Shown here piece by piece: positions 45,616-54,448 of a DNA stretch of 64,000 nt. A program made the translations under genes and the position numbers. The stretch's first letter is position 1. Each line of letters starts with the position of its first letter. The stretch is from an uncultured Acidobacteriota bacterium (lineage in GTDB: Bacteria > Actinomycetota > Acidimicrobiia > Spongiisociales > ZC4RG35). The stretch covers positions 1,263-65,262 of the forward strand of contig CAVRHE010000003.1 of NCBI GenBank assembly GCA_963720925.1. Direction: 5' to 3'. Under the pieces are notes generated by a model. The model was not told where the DNA came from. It ran no database searches and worked only from the letters and a program-made list of their open reading frames with translations.

Positions 45616-46620
45616 ATGAGCGAACGCGATCCGAGCATCTCGGTCAAGGACCTGACCAAGGTCTACGAACCCTCGCCCACCTGGATGAAGCTCCTTGTCA
45701 AGAGCAACATCAAGAACGCGGTAATAGCTCTCGACGGCATCACCTTCGAGGTGGGGCCGGGCGAGATCTGCGCCGTGGTTGGCCCCAACGGCGCCGGCAA
45801 GACCACGACCTTCCGCATCCTCCTCGGTCTCACCACTCCGTCGACCGGGACAGCAACAGTGGGCGGATACGACGCTCAACACGAGTCGGTCGCGGTGCGA
45901 CGAATGGTCGGCTGGATGCCCGGCCAGGATGTCAGCCTGCTCGGCCGCCTGACCTGTGTCGAGAACCTCCGCTTCCACGGCCGATTGCAGGGACTCAAGG
46001 GTGAGGACCTCAAAGGGCGGATATATGACTCCCTGGCCAAGGTTGGCCTGTCCCACGCCGCCGAGCATTCCGTGTTCGCCCTCTCCTCCGGGATGCGGGC
46101 ACGGCTACAGCTGGCCCGGGCCCTCCTGCACAGCCCCAGCGTCCTGATCCTCGATGAGCCCACCGGCGCCATAGACCCGGTGGCTGCCCACGAGCTTCTC
46201 GGCCTGATCATCTCCATCGTCGAGGAAGAGCGGCTCGCCTGCATGATCAGCTCGCACCGCCTGGAGGAAATCGAAGCCCTCCACTCTCATGTCGTGCTCC
46301 TCGACAAGGGTCGGATCCGGTACGACGGAGACCTCGATGAGTTGAGAGCTCTCGTTGACCGGGAGCAATTGGAGATCGAGTTCAGATCCGACGAGAGTGC
46401 CCGTCAGGCACGGAAGCTCATCGACGCCGCCGGTCTCGGTGAGTCGATCACCGTCGAGGGGTCCCAGCTGACAACGGTGCTGACCTCATCCGAGACAACG
46501 ACCGGCGACGTCCTCGCAGTCCTCGAGACGGTGATACCCGACGTGGTGCACCTTCAGGAGGCGCAGCGACCGCTCCGCGACATCCTCGCCGACATGTATC
46601 GGGAGAACCAGGCGAAATGA
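45616..46620 (+). CDS. ABC transporter ATP-binding protein (ABC-2/DrrA-TagH-Wzt-like) with a roughly 95-aa C-terminal domain
   Basis: The start is ATG 45616 (MSERDPSISVKDLTKVY). It has Walker A GPNGAGKTT, signature LSSGMRARL and Walker B VLILDEPT. The C-terminal part resembles the accessory domain common in DrrA-type ATPases. Confidence 0.85.
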   Translation: MSERDPSISVKDLTKVYEPSPTWMKLLVKSNIKNAVIALDGITFEVGPGEICAVVGPNGAGKTTTFRILLGLTTPSTGTATVGGYDAQHESVAVRRMVGWMPGQDVSLLGRLTCVENLRFHGRLQGLKGEDLKGRIYDSLAKVGLSHAAEHSVFALSSGMRARLQLARALLHSPSVLILDEPTGAIDPVAAHELLGLIISIVEEERLACMISSHRLEEIEALHSHVVLLDKGRIRYDGDLDELRALVDREQLEIEFRSDESARQARKLIDAAGLGESITVEGSQLTTVLTSSETTTGDVLAVLETVIPDVVHLQEAQRPLRDILADMYRENQAK

Positions 46621-47486
46621 GTGTGGGGACCAAGACCCCCGACGCGGCGGAGCACGGGCGTCGCAAGAAGCGGCGCTCACCGAACAGGCCCACCCCGTCG
46701 ATCGCCGTTGCGTTCCTCCGCATGGACGCCATCGAGGAATTCAGCTACCCGATGTCGCTCATTCTCAGCGAGCTGGGGACCGTCCTCCCGGTGCTGGTCT
46801 CGTTCTTCATCGGCGGCCTGGTCGGTGAGTCGGCCGAGGTGGGTGACGACTATTTCACGTTCGCCGTACTCGGGCTGGCAGTGTCAGCGATTCTCCAGGG
46901 CGCGCTGAGCGGGTTCGGGGGCAACCTGCAGCGAGCACTGAACCGGGGTTCGCTGGAGACCCTGTTGGTAGAGCCGGTGCCGTGGACGTTCCTCCCCTTT
47001 GCCATGAATCTCTGGCACACCATGATGGGAGGGTTCGAGGGAGCCATCATCCTCGGCATGGGTCTCCTGCTCGGGGCGGAGTACCTGGCCTCGGGGTGGT
47101 GGCAATTCCTCGTCCTGCTCGTGCTGGGGATACTGGCCTGCACGGCGATCGGAATCGTCTCCGCTGCCATCCTCATCATCTCGAAGCGGTCCAAGCCGTT
47201 CCTGACCCTCTACGGGATGGCCGCCTCGTTGCTCGCCGGTGCCGTGTTCTCAGTCGACCAGCTGCCCTCCTGGATGCAGACGCTGGCCTGGGCCATCCCC
47301 CACACCTATGTCATCAACGCCAGCCGCGCCGTGCTCATGGAGAATCCGGGCACGTTCGTCGTCCCGTTCGAACTGGCCGTCATCGCCCTCCTCGCCTTCA
47401 ACGTAGTAGTGCTCCCCGGTGGTCTCTGGCTGTTCTCCCGATCGCTCGAATTCGGGCGAAAGATGGGCATGCTGAGCGGCTACTAG
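46617..47486 (+). CDS. ABC-2-type transporter permease
   Basis: It has an ATGA overlap with the ATPase gene, a basic N-terminal tail and then six hydrophobic segments typical of ABC-2 (Wzm/TagG/DrrB-like) permeases. Confidence 0.8.
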   Translation: MSVGTKTPDAAEHGRRKKRRSPNRPTPSIAVAFLRMDAIEEFSYPMSLILSELGTVLPVLVSFFIGGLVGESAEVGDDYFTFAVLGLAVSAILQGALSGFGGNLQRALNRGSLETLLVEPVPWTFLPFAMNLWHTMMGGFEGAIILGMGLLLGAEYLASGWWQFLVLLVLGILACTAIGIVSAAILIISKRSKPFLTLYGMAASLLAGAVFSVDQLPSWMQTLAWAIPHTYVINASRAVLMENPGTFVVPFELAVIALLAFNVVVLPGGLWLFSRSLEFGRKMGMLSGY

Positions 47487-47493
47487 GCCCGCC

Positions 47494-48486
47494 GTGCCCT
47501 TCGACCATCGACCCGAGACCCCGAGCCCCGATCTGCTCGAGGAGGCCCGCCTCAACCTGGCCAACCGGCTCGGCCTCGATCACGACGCACTTCGCTGGAA
47601 GGTGGGTCAACGTCTCGACCGGAAGCGCTCCACACTGTTCCAATTGACCCTGGCTCGGCCGTCGGGCCCGGTCGCCACAGCCTGGTACAAGACCCCCTAT
47701 TTCCCGGCCAACAACCAGGACTCGAGACATCTGGACAGGATGCGGGAGGCCTTGATTCGAAGCGACGAATTGGGCAGTCAGTTGATGGAGCGAGTCGGGA
47801 GTGTGCCGGTATCGGTCAACGTGACGCTGGCCATTGACGACGACTCGCTGGAGGTAGTGACGCTCGGGCTCGATGGTGAGCCAATGGGGAATCCCTTACG
47901 ACTTTACGTCAGCTCCCGGGGGCGCGAACGCGCCCTCGCCGCTTGCGCTTCGGTGGGCGGGGCGATTCGGATCGTCGAGACCCTTCCCCACGACGACCTG
48001 ACCTCCGAGTTAGGGCGTATATGGCAGGACACCGAGCGAAAGCTGGAATCGGTTGGCCCATTGCTCGCCGACGCGGATCGGAGGAGCCTGGAGAGCGCGG
48101 TAGGCGAGCTGTTCGAGTCGGCTTCGAGCGAGCCGAATGGAGTGACGCTGGCTCACGGCGATCTCAGCCCAGGCAACGTGATCTTGATGAAGGATGGCGT
48201 CACCGGGCTGATCGACTTCACCTGGATCCCACAGTTCCGGGGATTCGACCTGTCCCGATTCATCCACCGTCTCCGTTACACGACAGCGTCATACCGACCG
48301 TGGATCTCGGCCCTGAACGAAGCAGTGGTCGAGGGCTACGGAGATCGTGACGCCGCCACCAGACCCGGATGGCGCTTCTCTGAGATCCAGCGCCTGCTCG
48401 CGACCATCCAGCGTCTCGAGCGCAAGGGCGAGGGCGGCAGGAGGTCGGCAGGGCGCGCCCTGGCCGAGATCAGGGCGGGACTCTGA
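47494..48486 (+). CDS. APH/choline-kinase-fold phosphotransferase (canonical motifs), co-transcribed with the ABC exporter
   Basis: The GTG start lies 7 nt after the permease stop. It contains ATAWYKTPYF, the catalytic loop LAHGDLSPGNVIL and the metal-binding GLIDFTW. Confidence 0.7.
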   Translation: MPFDHRPETPSPDLLEEARLNLANRLGLDHDALRWKVGQRLDRKRSTLFQLTLARPSGPVATAWYKTPYFPANNQDSRHLDRMREALIRSDELGSQLMERVGSVPVSVNVTLAIDDDSLEVVTLGLDGEPMGNPLRLYVSSRGRERALAACASVGGAIRIVETLPHDDLTSELGRIWQDTERKLESVGPLLADADRRSLESAVGELFESASSEPNGVTLAHGDLSPGNVILMKDGVTGLIDFTWIPQFRGFDLSRFIHRLRYTTASYRPWISALNEAVVEGYGDRDAATRPGWRFSEIQRLLATIQRLERKGEGGRRSAGRALAEIRAGL

Positions 48487-48488
48487 CT

Positions 48489-49395
48489 ATGAGACCAATC
48501 CCCTTCTTCGTCGGGACCAATGGCTCGGGCACGACGCTGCACCGGGCCATTTTCGACTCCCACCCGGACCTCGCCATCCCGGGTGAGGCCCGGTTCGTGG
48601 CGAAGCTGGCCGATCGATACCGGGACAAGGGATACGACACCCAACTCCTCCTGAAGGACCTTCACGAAGACGATCGGTTCGAGAACTGGGGACTCGGCTA
48701 CGGAGACATCGAGAAGGCCTTGACCGACCCACCGGTAGACCGATATCCGGAAGCGGTCAGACGGCTCTACGGCCTGTACGCCGCCGGACGCGGCAAGACC
48801 CGCTTCGGCGACAAGACGCAGAGCAACATCCACCATCTGCCGCTGCTGGCGGATCTCTTCCCCGAGGCCCGATTCGTCCATGCCGTGCGTGACGGCCGGG
48901 ACGTGGCCTTGGCCCACACCGACGGGACCAAGATCGAACAGGTGGCCGTCTCGTGGAAGCGCCGGGTCGGCGCCGGCCGCGCCGGCGGGCGAGGCGCTGG
49001 GCCCCAACCGCTATATCGAGTCTCGGTTCGAGGAGTTGATCGACGACACCGAAGGATCGGTGAGGCGGTTGTGCGACTTCCTCGAGCTGCCCTTCGACCC
49101 CAAGATGCTCACCTATTACGAGCGGGCGGATGACATCGTGTCGACCACCTCCGTGCCCGACCGGCACAAGGACATCTTCCTCCCCCCGACCAAGGGTCTC
49201 CGGGACTGGCGACGTGAGCTATCCGACGACCAGATCGCCCGATTCGAGGCATTGGCCGGCGACCTGCTCGAAGACCTGGGCTACGAGCGGAGGTACGAGA
49301 AGGTGCCTCTGTCCGCCCGGGCCGCCGCCCTGCGTCAGGTGGCCGCCGACGGGGCGCGATACGCCACCAAGAGGGTGCGCAGGCGGATCCGCTGA
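48489..49395 (+). pseudogene. Sulfotransferase-family protein, frame broken once
   Basis: The ATG lies 2 nt after the kinase stop. It contains PFFVGTNGSGTTLH (PAPS loop) and LFPEARFVHAVRDGRDVALAH. ORF 48489..49133 loses similarity after VSWKRRVGAGRA. ORF 48880..49395 continues GEALGPNRYIESRFEELIDDTEGSVRRLCDFLELPFDP... The junction is at 48981-48990. Confidence 0.75.
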
Positions 49396-49404
49396 CCAAA
49401 TTGA

Positions 49405-49428
49405 AGAGAGCCCCCGAAGGGGCTCTTT
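49405..49428. terminator. Intrinsic-terminator-like hairpin between convergent genes
   Basis: The sequence is AGAGCCCC-CGAA-GGGGCTCT: an 8-bp GC-rich stem and a 4-nt loop, followed by TTCT. It lies between the sulfotransferase stop (49395) and the SLH-LRR stop (49442). Confidence 0.6.
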
Positions 49429-49441
49429 CTAGATCAAGTGC

Positions 49442-51152
49442 TCAGCCGGTCACGGCGCCGGTGGGGGTGCCGGAATTCCACAGTTCTCCCAGCCCTGGAT
49501 CCTCGGCGATGACGTAGTTGTAGATCAGCCAGCACGGCTGGTCCCGAGACACTGATTGTTGTTCAATAGCAACTCCTCCACCACGGCATGCGTCCCGAGA
49601 TCCTGAAGTCGGGGATGGCGGTATCGTTCAACTGAGTTGTTCGAGACGTCCAGCGCCACAAGAGGCCAGAGCAACGATCCCGTCGGGAATCTGGCCGTTC
49701 ATGACGTTGAACGACAGATCGAGCTCGGTCAGAGAACCGAAGATGAGGTGAACTCATGGCTGAACCCACCCAGGGTTGTTCTCGGACAGATCGATGTCGT
49801 CCAGCTCCGGGGCGTTCCCGAATCCGGCCTGGATCCCGGTGAAGTTGTTCACCTGAGAGATCGAGTCGATTGAGGAACTGGCAGGCTTCCGATAACGCCG
49901 GGCACCCCGCCGCCGAAGCCGTTATCCCTGAGATCGATCTGACGCAAGGAGGGCATCTGGCCCACCACGGCGATCGAGCCGGACAGGGTGTTTCCCCCAG
50001 GTCGAGGATCCTCAGACCGTTGAGGTTGGTCAACTGGGGTGGCAACGCTCCTGACAATTGATTGCTGTGCAGGTCCAGCTCGACGGTCAAGTTGGTCAGG
50101 CCACCGATACGAGCCGGGATGGCGCCGGTCAGCGAAGTTCCCCGACAGGTCGAGTGCCGTGCAGATTGCTTCAGCTTGCCGATGGTGGTCGGGATGGTCC
50201 CGGCGAGCTCGCCGGAGGCGAGGTCGAGCGTCCTCAAGCCGGTCAGGTTCCCAAGAGCAGCCGGCAGTGACCCAACGAGATTGTTCCCGGGATCCTCGGA
50301 GTCTGCTCCAAGATGATGGAGACTCACGCGGTTCCCCGGGCAGCCGACACCGAACCAACTGCATGGGTTCGTGTTGACCCCCATCCGGTGTTGGTGGTCC
50401 AGTTGGGCCCACCGGTCGCGTTGAGTACAGGGTTAGCAGGGCCTGGCAGTCGCCCTTGACGATCGTGGTGACGTCGTCACAAAAGGCGCCACTCGGCGGT
50501 GGTGGGGTCACGCCTCCGACCCAGAGCCCGGATGATGAAGGCCGCCATCTGGCCACGTGTGACATTGTCAGTTGGGGCAGAAGTTGGTGTTCGCCGGCGG
50601 GTTGCAGCCGAGGGTGATCCCGGCCTGGGCCACCCGGTTGATCCCGTTCTCGAAGATCGAGCTGTTGTCGTCGACGAAGAAGTCCCGCGACGCGGCGGGC
50701 AGCCTCAGGGTGCGGGTGAGGAAGGCGGCCATCTCGCCTCGGCTGATGTCGTTGTCACCGCAATAACGCCGTGGGCCACACCCCTGGGTCAGGCCGGCCT
50801 CAGCCAGGCGGTTGGCCGCATCCTCGTAGACCTTGCCGGCGTCATCGTCGAAGTAGTCGAACGTGGCCGGCCCGAGGTCGAAGCCGCGGACGATGAATAT
50901 CGCCATCTGGCCCCTGGTCACCGGGTCGTCGGGACAAAACAGGGTGTTCGCGGGAGGGTTACACCCCTGGGTGATGCCGCGAGCCTGCAGCTCATCGATG
51001 GCATTGCGGAAAACACTGTCCGCCGTGTCGGCGAACGCCTGCAGGTCGACAGACTCACCGGAGTCGTCGGCGACCTGAGCGCCGGCGACCGGCATAATCG
51101 AGAGGAGGAGGGCCACCACGAGCCCGAGCATCCCCAATCTTCCACCACGCAT
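49442..51152 (-). pseudogene. Secreted protein with three SLH-like repeats + LRR N-cap + plant-type leucine-rich repeats; multiply frameshifted
   Basis: ATG 51152 has an AGGGGG Shine-Dalgarno sequence and a signal peptide (MRGGRLGMLGLVVALLLSIMPVAGAQV). Three repeats follow of the type F.D....(F/Y)...I..L...G(I/L)T.GC......(F/Y)C....(V/I)(T/S)RG(Q/E)MA.F. Beyond them the coding signal hops between all three frames. Examples are DNVTRGQMAAFIIRALG; CDDVTTIVKGDCQALLTLYS; NPCSWFGVGC...NNLVGSLPAALGNLTGLRTLDLASGELAGTIPTTIGKL; LTGAIPARIGGLTNL..LDLHSNQLSGALPPQLTNLNGLRILDL; GGNTLSGSIAVVGQMPSLRQIDLRDNGFGGGVPGVIGSL. At least six frame changes are needed. Confidence 0.75.
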
Positions 51153-51323
51153 GTGAAACCCCCTGGTGCTTCCCCGCACCGGTCGACCAGGAAGAGCGAA
51201 AGCCCTCCACCCAACGCGGCGGAGCATACATGCCCTCTAATTGCTGTGCCACGTCGCGTGGTCGACGAACGTGATGAGTGAGCAAAGGGACTAGACCGCG
51301 ACTCCTCGAAACCTGCGACGTTC

Positions 51324-51353
51324 TTGACCAGAGGCAAAGAGATCCTCTATCCT
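51324..51353 (+). promoter_or_regulatory. Candidate sigma-70-type promoter for the TauE gene
   Basis: TTGACC (51324-51329), an 18-nt spacer, then TATCCT (51348-51353). It lies about 55 nt upstream of ATG 51411 in an AT-richer gap. This is a pattern match only. Confidence 0.3.
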
Positions 51354-51410
51354 GACTTCTGCATTAAATAGACCTGCATAGTCAACTTTATCCGATAAGG
51401 AACTCCCCAA

Positions 51411-52302
51411 ATGCCATCACTCATCGTTTTCGTCCTCGTCGGCTTCGCTGCACAGATGGTCGACGGCTCGCTGGGCATGGCCTATGGGGTCACGTCCTCG
51501 ACCCTTCTCGTGGCGACTGGCATCGCGCCGGCGATGGCCTCGGCCTCGGTGCACTTCGCCGAGGTGGGCACCACCCTGGTCTCGGGAGCCTCTCACTGGC
51601 GGTTTGGAAACGTCGACTGGCGGACTGTGTTCCTGCTCGGGGTACCTGGTGCCATCGGCGCGTTCGCCGGGGCCACCGTCCTCTCCAATCTCTCCACCGA
51701 GACGGCGCGACCCTGGATGTCGGCCATCCTGCTCGTCCTCGGGGTCTCTCTCCTGATCCGATTTGCCGTCAAGGGCACCAGGACCGACCGCCACCACCTC
51801 GGCTTCAAGTCCAGGTTCCTTGCGCCACTGGGATTGTTCGCCGGCTTTGTCGATGCGAGCGGCGGTGGCGGATGGGGACCGGTCGCCACGCCAACCATGC
51901 TCGTCTCGGGTCGCACCGAGCCGCGGAAAGTGATCGGCTCGGTGTCCGCCAGCGAGTTCCTCGTATCTGTCGCCGCGAGCCTCGGGTTCTTGATCAGTCT
52001 TGGATCACAAGGGATCGACTGGCCGATCGCCGGCGCCCTCCTGGTTGGCGGAGCCATTGCGGCGCCATTCGCCGCCTGGCTGGTGAGTCAGGGTGGCGCC
52101 AAGAGTGCTCGGCACAGTGGTCGGGGCCGTGATCGTGATCACCAACTCGAGGACACTGTTCAACCAGTTCGGGATCGAGGGTTCGACCAGGACCTTGGGC
52201 TATCTGGCCATCTTGGCCGGCTCTGCCATTGCGATCGTTCTCGCGGTGAGGGGAAGCAAGCGGGAACGCGAGCAGTCGGAGCTGATCTCTCAGTCCGTCT
52301 AA
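51411..52302 (+). pseudogene. TauE/SafE (DUF81) family anion (sulfite/organosulfonate) exporter, frame broken once
   Basis: The protein begins MPSLIVFVLVGFAAQMVDGSLGMAYGVTSSTLLV... with repeated hydrophobic segments up to ...APFAAWLVS. ORF 52093..52302 then supplies the last segments (VAPRVLGTVVGAVIVITN...YLAILAGSAIAIVLAV). The junction is at 52086-52092. The 446-aa ORF-track entry is read-through in the wrong frame. Confidence 0.75.
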
Positions 52303-52745
52303 GGCTTGGTGATCAGCCCCACCGACACCCAGGGCCCTCCGGCCTGGGCGGCGAGAGTGGCGAAGTCGGTCCGCTCCAGAATGGCGATGGTGGCGTCGCG
52401 CACCTCGGCCCACACAGTCCGCAGGCTGCACCCGATCTCCATGGAGCATGGCTGCGGCTCATGGCGTGTGGCGCACTCGATCGGCGCCAGCTGACCTTGA
52501 AATATGCGCACGATGCGCTCCAGGGTGATGTCGGCAGGATCGTGATTCAGCCGGTAGCCGCCCGATGGGCCCCGCTCCGATCGAACAACCCCGGCGTCGC
52601 GCAACTGCATGAGGATCTGCTTCATGAATGGCTCGGGGACTCCCACCCTCCGCGAGAGATCTTGGGCGTTCAGACGCTCGCCTTCGGAGATGGCCAAGGC
52701 GAGAACGGCCCGCGTGGCGTAGTCGGTCTTCCGCGAGATCCACAT
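52299..52745 (-). CDS. Rrf2-family transcriptional regulator with a three-Cys cluster
   Basis: It begins MWISRKTDYATRAVLALA... (Rrf2 wHTH) and has C-x8-C-x5-C (IECATRHEPQPCSMEIGCSL), as in Fe-S-binding members. There is no room for a Shine-Dalgarno sequence upstream, so it may be leaderless. Confidence 0.85.
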   Translation of the reverse strand: MWISRKTDYATRAVLALAISEGERLNAQDLSRRVGVPEPFMKQILMQLRDAGVVRSERGPSGGYRLNHDPADITLERIVRIFQGQLAPIECATRHEPQPCSMEIGCSLRTVWAEVRDATIAILERTDFATLAAQAGGPWVSVGLITKP

Positions 52746-52746
52746 A

Positions 52747-52765
52747 GTTGACCATTCTAGTCAAC
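52747..52765. promoter_or_regulatory. Inverted repeat GTTGAC-N7-GTCAAC immediately upstream of the rrf2 start
   Basis: Read directly. A TAGAAT hexamer (on the rrf2 strand) sits inside the repeat, 8 nt upstream of the ATG. This is consistent with a leaderless, autoregulated promoter. Confidence 0.45.
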
Positions 52766-52808
52766 ATTGCGTTTCCTTCCAGGCGGGGAATGAGATTGAA
52801 GATTTGAA

Positions 52809-52824
52809 TGTTGACAGTTCAACA
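52809..52824. promoter_or_regulatory. Inverted repeat TGTTGA-CAGT-TCAACA upstream of yceI
   Basis: Read directly. It shares the TTGAC/GTCAA half-site with the repeat at 52747 and contains TTGACA. AAGGAG lies 7 nt before ATG 52851. Confidence 0.4.
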
Positions 52825-52850
52825 ATCGCTCTGAACGAAGGAGAAATGTC

Positions 52851-53414
52851 ATGTCAGCCGTTCGCAACGTCGATGGCAGAAAAGTTCCTCTAGCGGGAAC
52901 CTGGCGCATCGATCCGCTGCATAGTGATCTCACGATCACAGCTCGCCACTTGATGGTGGCCAAAGTACGAGGCACGTTCGAGGACCTCGATGCCACGATC
53001 GTCGTCGCCGAGGATCCCAGTCAATCAACCGTCGAGATCGAGGCCAAGGCGGCGTCGGTGACGACCGGGACCCGGGATCGTGACGCGCACCTGCGCTCCG
53101 CCGACTTCCTCGACGCCGAGCAACATCCCCTGATCACGTTCAGGTCGACCGATCTAGCCCCGGCCGGGAGGAAGTGGAAGCTGACAGGTGACCTCACCAT
53201 CAGGGGCGTCACCCGGCCGGTTCAATTCGACCTCACATTCGAGGGCGCCACCACCGACCCCTATGGGACCATCAAGGCGGGTTTCACCGCCGTCGGTGAG
53301 ATCGAGCGACGAGACTGGGGGCTGACCTGGAACGTCCCGCTCGAGAATGGCGGCATGCTGGTGTCAGAGAAGTTCAAGATCGAGTTCGACATCGAGGCTG
53401 ATCTCCAGTCCTGA
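52851..53414 (+). CDS. YceI-family (polyisoprenoid-binding-like) protein
   Basis: It contains WRIDPLHSDLTITARHLMVAKVRGTF and ...SADFLDAEQHPLITFRS..., typical of YceI. Confidence 0.85.
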   Translation: MSAVRNVDGRKVPLAGTWRIDPLHSDLTITARHLMVAKVRGTFEDLDATIVVAEDPSQSTVEIEAKAASVTTGTRDRDAHLRSADFLDAEQHPLITFRSTDLAPAGRKWKLTGDLTIRGVTRPVQFDLTFEGATTDPYGTIKAGFTAVGEIERRDWGLTWNVPLENGGMLVSEKFKIEFDIEADLQS

Positions 53415-53432
53415 CGCCGTTCTCCGTACAGG

Positions 53433-53461
53433 GATGAGCCCGGCCACCGGTCGGGCTCATC
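53433..53461. terminator. Bidirectional terminator-like hairpin between convergent yceI and marR
   Basis: The sequence is GATGAGCCCG-(9 nt)-CGGGCTCATC, a perfect 10-bp stem. Confidence 0.6.
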
Positions 53462-53477
53462 TCGTATCCGGAACAGA

Positions 53478-53951
53478 TCAGTCGACCCCTCGCACCTCAT
53501 CGGCGGCATCCGAGCCCGCGACCGCCGCATCACGCAGGAAGTCGCGGACCACCTGGAGCTGCTCGGGGGTCAGGGCGGCGCAGATCTCTGATAGTGAGCG
53601 GTTCATCGGGCCGTAAAGCCGAACCAGCTCCGGACCTCGTTCCCGTCGTGCCTCGAGGCGCACCCGCCGGCGGTCGTCAGGGTCGGGCACCCGGGTCAGC
53701 CAGCCGCGCTGTTCCAATCGATCAACGATTCCGGTGAGGGTGGCAGGGTGGACGCCGGTCGAGGCCGCAACCTCACTCGGGGACATGGGCCCGTGACGAG
53801 CCACCAGATCGAGGATCTCGAGGTCGGGACCCTTCAACTCGACTCTGGCCCCTACAGCATCGTTCAACTGATGGAGGCCTGCGATGAGATCGCGGAGATA
53901 GAGCTGGATCTCCTGTGTCAGCGCGGCCGGGCTGGTTCTTCTGTTTGTCAT
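53478..53951 (-). CDS. MarR-family transcriptional regulator
   Basis: The 157-aa ORF contains LEILDLVARHGPMSPSEVAASTGVHPATLTGIVDRLEQRGWLTRVPDPDDRRRV (wHTH plus wing). Confidence 0.85.
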   Translation of the reverse strand: MTNRRTSPAALTQEIQLYLRDLIAGLHQLNDAVGARVELKGPDLEILDLVARHGPMSPSEVAASTGVHPATLTGIVDRLEQRGWLTRVPDPDDRRRVRLEARRERGPELVRLYGPMNRSLSEICAALTPEQLQVVRDFLRDAAVAGSDAADEVRGVD

Positions 53952-53975
53952 ATAGTATGGTAGTCGTAATATATG
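53949..53975. promoter_or_regulatory. Imperfect AT-rich inverted repeat overlapping the marR start, candidate MarR operator
   Basis: CATATAGTATGG-TAG-TCGTAATATATG. The arms match at 9 of 12 positions. It lies in the 56-bp divergent marR/DUF385 gap. Confidence 0.25.
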
Positions 53976-54007
53976 GGAAACGTACTAGAGGCTAACAGGA
54001 GGCACTT

Positions 54008-54436
54008 GTGAAGTACGCCCGGTTCTACAACCCCATCGTTTCGTTCCTGCTTCGACTCGGGCTCCCTCTTGGGCCCCAGGCTCTGCTCACAGTCCGTGGG
54101 CGGAACTCCGGCCTCCCCCGCACCACACCGGTGGCCCTCAACCCGCACGGAGCCGGCTGGCTGCTGGTGTCCGTCTACGGCCGTGTGGACTGGGTGAAAA
54201 ACCTTCGAGCAGCAGGAGAAGCCGTCGTCACCATGAGAAGGCGCACATTTCCGGTCACCTCACAGGAACTGGCCGCGGACCAGGCGGCCCCGATCGTGCG
54301 GGATCTACTCGCGTCGCTCAGCCCGATCGTGCGCCCGGTCATTGGCTCCTACTTCGTCACCGAGCCGTCGGCGCCGCTCTCCGCCTGGCAGGAGGAAGCC
54401 CGTAACCACCCAGTGTTCATCCTGACCCCCGCCTGA
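54008..54436 (+). CDS. DUF385-family (Ddn-like, F420H2-dependent nitroreductase-type) protein
   Basis: The GTG start is preceded by AGGAGG. It contains LLTVRGRNSGLPRTTPVAL...GWLLVSVYG.VDWVKNLRAAGEAVV. Confidence 0.7.
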   Translation: MKYARFYNPIVSFLLRLGLPLGPQALLTVRGRNSGLPRTTPVALNPHGAGWLLVSVYGRVDWVKNLRAAGEAVVTMRRRTFPVTSQELAADQAAPIVRDLLASLSPIVRPVIGSYFVTEPSAPLSAWQEEARNHPVFILTPA

Positions 54437-54448
54437 TCACGCCCCTGG

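Noticed and set aside
52090-52751. The C-terminal half of the 446-aa ORF 51411..52751.
   Set aside because: It is read-through in the wrong frame after the TauE frame break. It overlaps the well-supported rrf2 gene on the opposite strand. The proper TauE C-terminus is in ORF 52093..52302.
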